45,205 nucleotides of DNA from Candidatus Altiarchaeota archaeon. Its GTDB lineage: Archaea > Altiarchaeota > Altiarchaeia > IMC4 > QMZM01. How positions within the stretch are numbered: the first letter of the stretch is position 1; every line of letters begins with the position of its first letter. Below are positions 8,479 to 16,239 of the stretch, piece by piece. The stretch spans positions 1 through 45,205 of the forward strand of contig JAFGDV010000036.1 in the NCBI GenBank assembly GCA_016931955.1, given 5' to 3'. Below the pieces are notes generated by a model. The model did not search any database and was not told the DNA's origin. It was given only the letters and a program-made list of their open reading frames with translations. A program made the position numbers and the translations under genes.

Positions 8479-9855
8479 TTAATGCCCCAATCGCTCTCTC
8501 AGAAGACTGATGACGGTTTTGACGTCAGCCCTACCGTGCATCTTTTTCATGACCTGACCCATCAGGAAATTCAATACCCCATTCTTACCGTCCCTGAAGT
8601 CCTGGACCGCCTCAGGGTTCTCTCTAAGAACATCCTCCACCACATTGGATAGGTCATCTACCGTATGAACCCTCCCAAGGCCCTCCTCCCCAAAGACCTT
8701 CTTAGGGCTCTCGCCCGAGTCGATGACCCTCTCAAGGAGCTTCTTTCCCGTGTTCTCGGTTATCCTGCCATGCCCAATCAAATCCAGGAGCTCTATAAGT
8801 ATCCCAGAATCCAGCTTTGACTCGGAAAACTCTATCCCCCTATAATTCAGCTGACTGAGGACTTCCCTGCAGACCCATTTCGCAGCCATTTCCGGATCAA
8901 TCCTCTCAGCGACGGCCTCAAATAGGTCCGCAATGTCCTTGTCCTTAACCAGGATGCTTGAGTACTTTTCAGGTACGCCGTATTTTTCCATAAGCCTCTT
9001 TCTCCTGGTTTGAGGGGTCTCAGGCAGGGGAACCGCCTCAATGTAGGATTCCTTAAATAGCAGGGGCGGTATGTCTGGGTCAGGGATGTAACGGTAGTCT
9101 TCTGCAGTTTCTTTAACCCTCAAGGGAATGGTTATCATCGACTTCTCGTTGAAGCCCCTGGTTTCCTGCCTCACAGTCTGACCCCTCTTACGCATATTCT
9201 TCTGGCGTATGATCTCGTACTTTATCGCCTTATAGGCTCCGCGAACTGAGTTGATGTTCTTGATCTCGACCCTGGCGCCCCCAGCAAGGGAGATGTTCAC
9301 GTCCATGCGCACGACGCCCCCAACATCGATAATGCGCTCCGTATACCTAAGAAGATTCATCAACTCCTTCAGGAAAGCACGCACATCCTCGGGGGACTTC
9401 ATGTCCGGGGCGGTGACTATCTCCACTAATGGAACGCCTGAGCGATTATAGTCCACCCTGCCAGAGGCTAGGTCGTATCTCCCAGGATCCTCCTCGAGGT
9501 GGACCTCCCATATGCCCACATCAGAAAGCCTTCCATCAACGCCAAGAGGCTCCGATGTCCTCTGGTAACCAGAAGGTAGGTCAGGATAGTTGTAGTGTTT
9601 CCTCTTAACGAATATGTTCTGCTGCTTGACTTCGCAGTTCAAGAGGCGGGCTATCATGAGCGCCGATTCGATAGCATGCCCGTTTATGGGATAAGGCTTC
9701 GCACCAGGCATCCCGGTGCAGACTGGGCAGGTGTTTACATTCGCCAGCTCTGCCCTGTAGTAGTCGGTAGGGCAGTCACAGAACAGTTTTTGTTTCGTCC
9801 TGAGAGGGACGTGGATCTCCAAGCCAATCCTCACCCCAAGGTCTTCTTCAAGCAT
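8479..9855 (-). CDS. gatB: Asp-tRNA(Asn)/Glu-tRNA(Gln) amidotransferase subunit B
   Basis: IGLEIH..L.T..KLFC, CPVCTGMPG, RKHYNYPDLP, HLEEDPG, DYNRSGVPLVEIVT, DYRYIPDPD, C-terminal Yqey domain. Confidence 0.96.
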   Translation of the reverse strand: MLEEDLGVRIGLEIHVPLRTKQKLFCDCPTDYYRAELANVNTCPVCTGMPGAKPYPINGHAIESALMIARLLNCEVKQQNIFVKRKHYNYPDLPSGYQRTSEPLGVDGRLSDVGIWEVHLEEDPGRYDLASGRVDYNRSGVPLVEIVTAPDMKSPEDVRAFLKELMNLLRYTERIIDVGGVVRMDVNISLAGGARVEIKNINSVRGAYKAIKYEIIRQKNMRKRGQTVRQETRGFNEKSMITIPLRVKETAEDYRYIPDPDIPPLLFKESYIEAVPLPETPQTRRKRLMEKYGVPEKYSSILVKDKDIADLFEAVAERIDPEMAAKWVCREVLSQLNYRGIEFSESKLDSGILIELLDLIGHGRITENTGKKLLERVIDSGESPKKVFGEEGLGRVHTVDDLSNVVEDVLRENPEAVQDFRDGKNGVLNFLMGQVMKKMHGRADVKTVISLLRERLGH

Positions 9856-9924
9856 TTTCGGCTGCTGATTTATAGCTTTAATCCATCAATCTTATATCAT
9901 TTGAAATAAGACAATAAATGTGAG

Positions 9925-10899
9925 ATGAATCTGCTATTCAAGCTATCGGGAGAGCACCCTGAACTCCCACGGGCTGAGGTGTTCGCTATCCTCGAAGGCG
10001 AAGATATAACCTATAGAATACTCTCAGATGAGGGGGAAAAAAGGATCCTTATCCTAGAAGTGGAGACAGAGAATCCGCTCTTCATCAACAGGCTTGCAAT
10101 GACCAAAAAGGTTGGGGAATTCATCGGCGCATCCAAGGACATGGAGGAACTCGTACAAAGACTTGATGGTAGGATGACTGCGAAAACATTCGCAGTCGAA
10201 AGCGAATCACAGGCAGTTAGAGAGACCCTTGGAGAGGAGATCTGGAAGCTTGGATATGGAGTAGACCTGATGAACCCCGACTCCCGGATACTCTGCTTTG
10301 AGGATGAAAAAGAAGGCTACAACATCGCCGTAGAAACCCCCATAGAGAGGGACTTCAATAAGCGAAAACCGCACAAGAGACCATACTTCCACCCGACCTC
10401 CACGGATCCTAAGATCGCCAGAGTACTTGTAAACCTGGCACGGATCAAGAGGGGAGACCTTGTCTTTGATCCATTCTGCGGCGCTGGCGGAATCCTGATA
10501 GAGGCGGGCTTGATGGGCATGAAGTTGAGGGGATGCGACATCTCAGCGGAGATGCTTGAAGGCTGCATGAGAAACCTGGAACACTTCAACCTGGAAGGAG
10601 GGATAATAGAGTGCGATGCCCTGAACATCAAGGATGTGGGCGAGAGGATTGATGCGATCGTCACCGACCTACCCTATGGGAGATCATCTTTCATGACAGA
10701 CCGGAACAAGGAACGTTTTTATTCGGACTTCCTCAGGACTGCGAAAAACATCTTAGAGAAGGGAAAACACCTTGTCGTAGTATTCCCAGACTCAGTAGAC
10801 ATAGACATTGGGAGTACAGTATTTGAGCTCAGAGAGGAATACTCTCTTTACGTGCACAAGAGTTTGACCAGAAAAATCCTCGTGCTCAGGCGAAGATAA
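9925..10899 (+). CDS. trm11: tRNA (guanine-10-N2)-methyltransferase (THUMP + SAM MTase)
   Basis: LSGEHPELP.AE, RPYFHP, DPFCGAGGILIEA, TDLPYG, VHKSLTRKI. Confidence 0.92.
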   Translation: MNLLFKLSGEHPELPRAEVFAILEGEDITYRILSDEGEKRILILEVETENPLFINRLAMTKKVGEFIGASKDMEELVQRLDGRMTAKTFAVESESQAVRETLGEEIWKLGYGVDLMNPDSRILCFEDEKEGYNIAVETPIERDFNKRKPHKRPYFHPTSTDPKIARVLVNLARIKRGDLVFDPFCGAGGILIEAGLMGMKLRGCDISAEMLEGCMRNLEHFNLEGGIIECDALNIKDVGERIDAIVTDLPYGRSSFMTDRNKERFYSDFLRTAKNILEKGKHLVVVFPDSVDIDIGSTVFELREEYSLYVHKSLTRKILVLRRR

Positions 10900-10946
10900 A
10901 AAACGTTGATATTTTTCTTTTAGCTACAATATATAACAGATCAAAG

Positions 10947-12641
10947 ATGAAAGGTGCTGAAGCAATCATCAGATCACTGGAAGAAGAAGGGGTGAAACAC
11001 ATCTTCGGAATCCAGGGCGGATCAATCATGGAGGTCTACGACGTACTCCACAGTACAAAGAGCATAAGACACATATTGATGAGACACGAACAGTGCGCCG
11101 CCCACGCAGCAGAAGGCTACGCCCGGGCCAGCGGACGCGTTGGCGTATGTATGGCAACCTCCGGACCGGGAGCAACAAACCTCGTTACTGGAATAGCGGA
11201 CGCACACATGGATTCCGTTCCCATAGTAGCGCTCACAGGCCAGGTCCCAGTGCACATGATCGGCAACGACGCCTTCCAGGAGGCTGACATAGTGGGCATC
11301 ACCATGCCGATAACAAAACACAACTTCCAGATCACTGACGTAGAGGACATACCTTCCACTATCAAGGCAGCCTTCAAGGTAGCGTCAACGAGGAGACCGG
11401 GACCGGTGCTCGTAGACCTTCCAAAGGATATACAACAAAAGGAACTGACGAAGAGGTTCCATTATCCAGAAGACGTGGAGCTGCCGGGATACAAGGTAGT
11501 GAAAAGCGGCGGACACCCACAACAGCTTAAGGGGATGGCCAACACACTGATGAACGCCGAGAGACCGGTGATCATCGCGGGAGGCGGTATAATAATATCC
11601 AATGCAAGCACAGAACTGCTGAATCTTGCAGAATCAATTGGGATGCCGGTAGCGACAACGCTCATGGGTAAAGGCTGCTTTCCAGAGGACCACCCCCTCT
11701 CCCTAGGAATGGTCGGAATGCACGGAAGAAAAACAGCGAACCTGATGGTTACGGAATCGGATATTTTATTAGCGATAGGGATGAGGTTCTCTGACAGGGT
11801 CACAGCCAAGGTCGAACACTTCGCCCCAAACGCAAAGATTATTCACGTAGATATTGATCCGTCAGAGATAGGAAAAAACGTTGAAGTAGACATACCAGTG
11901 GTCGGGGACGCGAAGCTTGTCCTACAGAACCTGCTCAAGATCATAGCCAAGATGAAGGTAAAAAAGAAGACAGAGTGGCACAAGAAACTCAAAAAGTTTA
12001 AGAATGAGTATGCCCCCAGGTATGACCACGACAATGTTCCTATAAAACAGCAAATGGTTATGAAAGAGCTCAATAACATCATAGACGATAAGACGATAAT
12101 AACGACTGAAGTAGGCCAATGCCAGATGTGGGCCGCACACTACCTAAACATAAAGAATCCAAGAACCTTCATATCATCCGGCGGCCTGGGAACGATGGGC
12201 TTCGGCTTTCCGGCTGCGATAGGAGCCAAGGTCGCAAAGCCGGATTTCAAGGTCATAGACGTGGGCAGCGAAGGAAGCCTAATGATGACCGGGCAGGACC
12301 TCGCCACGTGCGTCGTAGAAGATATCAGGATAGTGGTCGTTTTACTGAATAACCGCTATCTAGGAATGGTGAAGCAGTGGCAGGATCTGTTCTACGGCAA
12401 GAGGAGATCACACACCTACCTGGGAGAGGTGCCAGATTTCGTGAAGTACGCCGAGGCGTTCAACGCCAAGGGTATAAGGGTCGAAAGGCCGTCAGAGATA
12501 AGAGAGGCGCTCACCGAAGCTATAAAGTCGGACAAGACATGTTTCGTAGACATCCACGTAGATGCTGAGGAACACATACTCCCAATGGTCAGACCAGGCG
12601 GGAGATTGGACAGCATGATAGAGGCCGTTTATCTAGATTAG
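10947..12641 (+). CDS. ilvB: acetolactate synthase large subunit
   Basis: MRHEQCAAHAAEGYAR, TSGPGATNL, GPVLVDLPKD, SGGLGTMGFG, ThDP-binding GSEGS...NN. Confidence 0.97.
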   Translation: MKGAEAIIRSLEEEGVKHIFGIQGGSIMEVYDVLHSTKSIRHILMRHEQCAAHAAEGYARASGRVGVCMATSGPGATNLVTGIADAHMDSVPIVALTGQVPVHMIGNDAFQEADIVGITMPITKHNFQITDVEDIPSTIKAAFKVASTRRPGPVLVDLPKDIQQKELTKRFHYPEDVELPGYKVVKSGGHPQQLKGMANTLMNAERPVIIAGGGIIISNASTELLNLAESIGMPVATTLMGKGCFPEDHPLSLGMVGMHGRKTANLMVTESDILLAIGMRFSDRVTAKVEHFAPNAKIIHVDIDPSEIGKNVEVDIPVVGDAKLVLQNLLKIIAKMKVKKKTEWHKKLKKFKNEYAPRYDHDNVPIKQQMVMKELNNIIDDKTIITTEVGQCQMWAAHYLNIKNPRTFISSGGLGTMGFGFPAAIGAKVAKPDFKVIDVGSEGSLMMTGQDLATCVVEDIRIVVVLLNNRYLGMVKQWQDLFYGKRRSHTYLGEVPDFVKYAEAFNAKGIRVERPSEIREALTEAIKSDKTCFVDIHVDAEEHILPMVRPGGRLDSMIEAVYLD

Positions 12642-12644
12642 GGG

Positions 12645-13148
12645 GTGGTTAGAATAAAAAAAGTCAAAGGGATCATGTCAGGCAAGGTGATCTCCGTAAA
12701 GGCCAACGACTCCGTCTTAGAAGCCATCAAGGTCTTAAGGGACAACAGGGTCAGCGGCGTCCCAGTAGTAGACGAAAAAAACAATCTGTGTGGGGTGATG
12801 AGCGGGACGGATATATTAAAGCTGGTAGGTCACCTGATCGACTACCACCCCTTCCTGATACCATTCTTCAGGATACTTGAAGACCGCCCAGAGGACCTAC
12901 GGGATATAGTGAAGGAGGCTTCGAGGAGGGAGGTGAGGGAAATCATGTCAGAGCCCGCGATAACCATAGAAGAAAACGCCTCAGTATACTCTGCCGCAAC
13001 ACTGATGTTCAAGAGGGATATAAACAGGCTCCCTGTTGTGGATAAGAAAGGCTCACTGGTGGGAGTGATAACGAGAAAGGACCTGCTTCAGGCATTCAAG
13101 GACATAGGGGGAAGCGACACCAAATTAGGGAAGTGGGCAGGAGACTGA
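12645..13148 (+). CDS. CBS-domain pair protein
   Basis: SGVPVVD...GVMS..D and NRLPVVD...GVITRKDL; 3 bp after the ilvB stop. Confidence 0.9.
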   Translation: MVRIKKVKGIMSGKVISVKANDSVLEAIKVLRDNRVSGVPVVDEKNNLCGVMSGTDILKLVGHLIDYHPFLIPFFRILEDRPEDLRDIVKEASRREVREIMSEPAITIEENASVYSAATLMFKRDINRLPVVDKKGSLVGVITRKDLLQAFKDIGGSDTKLGKWAGD

Positions 13149-13151
13149 TCA

Positions 13152-13607
13152 CTAGTCAGATACTGTGATGTTTACGTCGTACCCTGGCGAATAGTCAGGA
13201 TTCATAGACTGAAAGACTAATACATAGCGGCCTTCAGCGCACACCCCCGAGCAAATAACGTCAGTGGCATCTCTTCCAGTCATGTTCGCCTTGGTGATAG
13301 AATAGACATCGGTAAAGGATTTGCCCACAGACAAACGGATCCTGACGACCTTACCTTCTATCGAAACATCCTCCACGTTACTTGGAATCGCTATCTCTGC
13401 AGGTATCTTTGATGGGTGGCCGTGGACGTAGATGAAATCCGCAGATTCTCTAATGCCTTGAACAGCGCGGTAGGCTGAATCAACGTCTATCTGCATCCCA
13501 GAAGTAGAGATCAAGAAGGTTGCTACATACAGAACCGCTGCAAAGATGATCAAAGAAAGACCAAGCATGGTCATGTATTCCAGTGAAACCTGCCCTCTAC
13601 TTTCCAT
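13152..13607 (-). CDS. class III signal peptide (type IV pilin-like) protein
   Basis: RG^QVSLEY followed by a hydrophobic helix, the PibD/EppA-type prepilin cleavage motif. Confidence 0.85.
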   Translation of the reverse strand: MESRGQVSLEYMTMLGLSLIIFAAVLYVATFLISTSGMQIDVDSAYRAVQGIRESADFIYVHGHPSKIPAEIAIPSNVEDVSIEGKVVRIRLSVGKSFTDVYSITKANMTGRDATDVICSGVCAEGRYVLVFQSMNPDYSPGYDVNITVSD

Positions 13608-13705
13608 GTTCTTAAATATATTTTATTCGCTGTATTTATACTTTATTACTATATTTAATATATTGTCAGATGAATGACACATAGAAAAATAGGACGTGAA
13701 GAAAG

Positions 13706-13933
13706 ATGGAATACGAGACGCTTGCAAGCGAATACTTGGACTATGGGAGAAACAAGTTTTTGGAGCTTTCCAAGAAGAAGCCTCTGCCTGACGGCGAAGT
13801 CTTCTTGAATCTGTCTAAAGGTTATTATACGCCAGAGGGGGAGAGGAGATATCAGAAAGGAATCGGTTTCCCAAACGACGAAAAATTCGTAAAAGAATTG
13901 ATAGACAAGTTAAAAGAGATTTCAGGGGACTGA
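13706..13933 (+). CDS. small protein, possible PC4-like ssDNA-binding fold
   Basis: 75 aa with beta-strand pattern NKFLELSKK..VFLNLSKGYY..GERRYQKGIGFP and a C-terminal helix; own AT-rich upstream region. Confidence 0.65.
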   Translation: MEYETLASEYLDYGRNKFLELSKKKPLPDGEVFLNLSKGYYTPEGERRYQKGIGFPNDEKFVKELIDKLKEISGD

Positions 13934-13944
13934 GATAAGGCCTA

Positions 13945-14163
13945 TCAGGCTCTTCTGTTCTCCTCCAAGAGCCTGAGTTTCTCTTTTATATCCCCAAAGT
14001 GCTCTGAGTTAAGCTTCAGATAATGCTGAAAGTCTTTATAGACTCTCTGCAGTTCAGGATCGTCAGGATAACGCTTGGAGAATTTCTCAAATTCATCCCG
14101 CAGCTCGTTCAGATCACCCCACTTAGCCAGTATCTTTTCAAGTACATAATGGCTTGCTTGCAT
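13945..14163 (-). CDS. uncharacterised small helical protein, FEKF-RY paralogue 3 (72 aa)
   Basis: MQASHYVLEK...FEKFSKRYPDDPELQRVYKDFQHYL aligns with 15436-15774 and 15777-16079; ATG 4 bp after the CBS stop. Confidence 0.85.
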   Translation of the reverse strand: MQASHYVLEKILAKWGDLNELRDEFEKFSKRYPDDPELQRVYKDFQHYLKLNSEHFGDIKEKLRLLEENRRA

Positions 14164-14167
14164 TTCC

Positions 14168-14536
14168 TCATTTGATAAAGGATTTAAGGACGTCGGAATT
14201 TGAGATGATGCCGACAAGCTCCCCCTTGTCCACCACAGGAAACCTCCTCACGTTAGACTTAGCCATCAACCTGGCAACCTCTTTAACGCTAATATCCGGT
14301 GAAACCGTTAGGATAGGCTCTGTGAATACCTCAACAACCTTCACCTTGGTCAAGTCACCTTCATAGGCTATTACCTTGTTCACTATGTCCTTCCGTGTTA
14401 TAATGCCATACTCGCCCCCCTCTTTAACAAGCAAAGAACCTATGTCGTGTTTGATCATAAGCTTCATAGCCGCTGAAACAGGTGCGTCCTTCTTTATCGT
14501 AACAACGTCCTTCTTCATTATGTCGCAGACATTCAT
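14168..14536 (-). CDS. stand-alone CBS-pair protein (tandem copy 3)
   Basis: YGIITRKDIVNKVIAY and VRRFPVVD..LVGIISNSD; MNV start chosen by analogy with the neighbour (alternative ATG at 14542). Confidence 0.93.
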   Translation of the reverse strand: MNVCDIMKKDVVTIKKDAPVSAAMKLMIKHDIGSLLVKEGGEYGIITRKDIVNKVIAYEGDLTKVKVVEVFTEPILTVSPDISVKEVARLMAKSNVRRFPVVDKGELVGIISNSDVLKSFIK

Positions 14537-14546
14537 TTTCATACCC

Positions 14547-14933
14547 TTATTTTAAGCCCTTGCTCACCGCCTTCATTATGTCTGAGTTAGACACCATGCC
14601 GACGAGCTTGTTCCCCTCCATCACAGGGAACCTCCTTATATCGGTCTTAGCCATCAACCGAGCCACCGTTTCTATGCTCGCATCAGGTGACACACTAAGT
14701 ATCGGCTCGGACATGACCTCAGAAACCAACGTAGCCTTAATGTCTTTATCATAGGCTATTACCTTATTCACTATGTCCTTCCGTGTTATGATCCCATAGA
14801 CACTGTTTTTTCCTTTGTCTTCAATGACTAAGCTGGTTATCTGTTCTTCAACCATCTTATTCATCGCATCCAAGATGGTAGCATCTAGGTCTATTGATAT
14901 CACATTCTTTCGCATGATATCTCTGACATTCAT
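14547..14933 (-). CDS. stand-alone CBS-pair protein (tandem copy 2)
   Basis: YGIITRKDIVNKVIAY; IRRFPVMEGNKLVGMVSNSD. Confidence 0.93.
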   Translation of the reverse strand: MNVRDIMRKNVISIDLDATILDAMNKMVEEQITSLVIEDKGKNSVYGIITRKDIVNKVIAYDKDIKATLVSEVMSEPILSVSPDASIETVARLMAKTDIRRFPVMEGNKLVGMVSNSDIMKAVSKGLK

Positions 14934-15037
14934 TTTGATACCTACATGTTCTCCAAGGCTATCGCCTTCATTATGTCTGAGTTAGACACCATGCCGACGA
15001 GCTTGTTCCCCTCCATCACAGGGAACCTCCTTATATC
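14568..15037. repeat. 75-bp identical direct repeat inside two CBS genes (14568-14642 = 14963-15037)
   Basis: cgccttcattatgtctgag...aacctccttatatc matches base for base, including third codon positions. Confidence 0.95.
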
Positions 15038-15328
15038 AGTTTTAGCCATCAACCGGGCTATTGTTTCCACACTCATCTCCGGCGATATGGTCATCAACGG
15101 CTCGGACATGACCTCAGAAACCTTGACCTTGTTCGGGTCCTTGTTGTAGGCTATTACTTTATTGACTACGTCCTTGCGTGTCACTATCCCGTAGACTCCA
15201 TGCTCTCCCTCTTTCTCGACTATCAGGCTGGTCACCCGCCTATCAACCATCTTCTTCATCGCATCCATGACAGAAGCATCCTTACTGATTGTCATAATAC
15301 CCCGGGTCATAATCTCATTAGCATCCAT
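14942..15328 (-). CDS. stand-alone CBS-pair protein (tandem copy 1)
   Basis: YGIVTRKDVVNKVIAYNKDP; IRRFPVMEGNKLVGMVSNSD; GAGGTGA RBS upstream. Confidence 0.93.
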   Translation of the reverse strand: MDANEIMTRGIMTISKDASVMDAMKKMVDRRVTSLIVEKEGEHGVYGIVTRKDVVNKVIAYNKDPNKVKVSEVMSEPLMTISPEMSVETIARLMAKTDIRRFPVMEGNKLVGMVSNSDIMKAIALENM

Positions 15329-15385
15329 GTGATCACCTCAGTACCATAAGATATTAATTATTGAGTTTTATAAATAAAAAAAGAA
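15329..15385 (-). promoter_or_regulatory. probable T-run terminator for the upstream pair plus TATA promoter and RBS for the CBS operon
   Basis: Minus strand reads ttctttttttatTTATAAAaactc...GAGGTGAtcacATG. Confidence 0.55.
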
Positions 15386-15435
15386 ATCCGAGGATAGGAT
15401 AATCGCCAGTTCACTGTTGATTTGACGACTGGGGA

Positions 15436-15774
15436 TTAGGTCAGGGTGACAACCTGTCCATCCTGCCCCTTAGAGCGCAGTTGCTTGATTAGGGTCTCCA
15501 AGCGTCTCAAGTAGACGAGTTCGTCAAGCTCCTTTGTGATCCTTTCCATGAGCTCGTTGTCCCTGTGACCGAGGTAGTCCTCAAATTCGTCGCAGATGCA
15601 CTGGAGTTCTTCGTCGTTCTTATACCTTACAGCGAATTTCTCGAATGTGTCTTTTATGCTGGCTAACTCCGGCTCAACATCAGGTGCTTCAAATTTCACA
15701 TCCTGCTCCATGGAGACGAACTGGTCGAGCATGGAGGACATGTTTTTGAGTATATACGGTCCCGCTTTGATCAT
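15436..15774 (-). CDS. uncharacterised small helical protein, FEKF-RY paralogue 2 (112 aa)
   Basis: MIKAGPYILK...FEKFAVRYKNDEELQCICDEFEDYL; ATG 2 bp after the upstream stop. Confidence 0.85.
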   Translation of the reverse strand: MIKAGPYILKNMSSMLDQFVSMEQDVKFEAPDVEPELASIKDTFEKFAVRYKNDEELQCICDEFEDYLGHRDNELMERITKELDELVYLRRLETLIKQLRSKGQDGQVVTLT

Positions 15775-15776
15775 TT

Positions 15777-16079
15777 TTATGTAACCTTTATCAATTGCAT
15801 CGTTCCAGGACGCCTGTCCTTGAACCACAGCTTTGTTCCACCCACGCTCTCCTTTTTCCTGGCTTCGTTCAACCTCTCAAGGGTCTTCTTTATCTTCTCC
15901 AACTCCTCTCTGTTCCTTGTTCCTAGGTATGCCCTAAAGTTGTCGCAAATCTTTTGGAGGTCCCTGTCTTCTGAGTATCTGCTTGAGAACTTTTCGAAGA
16001 CGGCTTCGGTGTCTGCCAGGTCTTTTTTTTCCAAGACGATGGATATGCTTTTTATGACATAGTGGCTAGCCAAGACCAT
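15777..16079 (-). CDS. uncharacterised small helical protein, FEKF-RY paralogue 1 (100 aa)
   Basis: MVLASHYVIK...FEKFSSRYSEDRDLQKICDNFRAYL; strong GGAGGTGA RBS. Confidence 0.85.
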   Translation of the reverse strand: MVLASHYVIKSISIVLEKKDLADTEAVFEKFSSRYSEDRDLQKICDNFRAYLGTRNREELEKIKKTLERLNEARKKESVGGTKLWFKDRRPGTMQLIKVT

Positions 16080-16239
16080 TTTCACCTCCCCACATGATAG
16101 CCAATGTTGTTTAACAATGGTATTAATACATTAGACATAACTTATATATAAATGAGAACGTAATTATTAATCATGATAAATTAATTCTTGGATTTTTTTG
16201 AACGACATACAGATCAAAAAACTCTTGACTATATATTAT

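Noticed and set aside
14568-15037. Identical repeats as a DGR template/variable pair or CRISPR
   Set aside because: Both copies are in-frame coding sequence of paralogues, with no adenine-specific mismatches, no reverse transcriptase and no spacers.
13945-16079. Small helical proteins as toxin-antitoxin, HEPN/MNT or ferritin-like proteins
   Set aside because: No Rx4-6H, nucleotidyltransferase, PIN or ExxH motifs are visible; left unassigned pending structure search.
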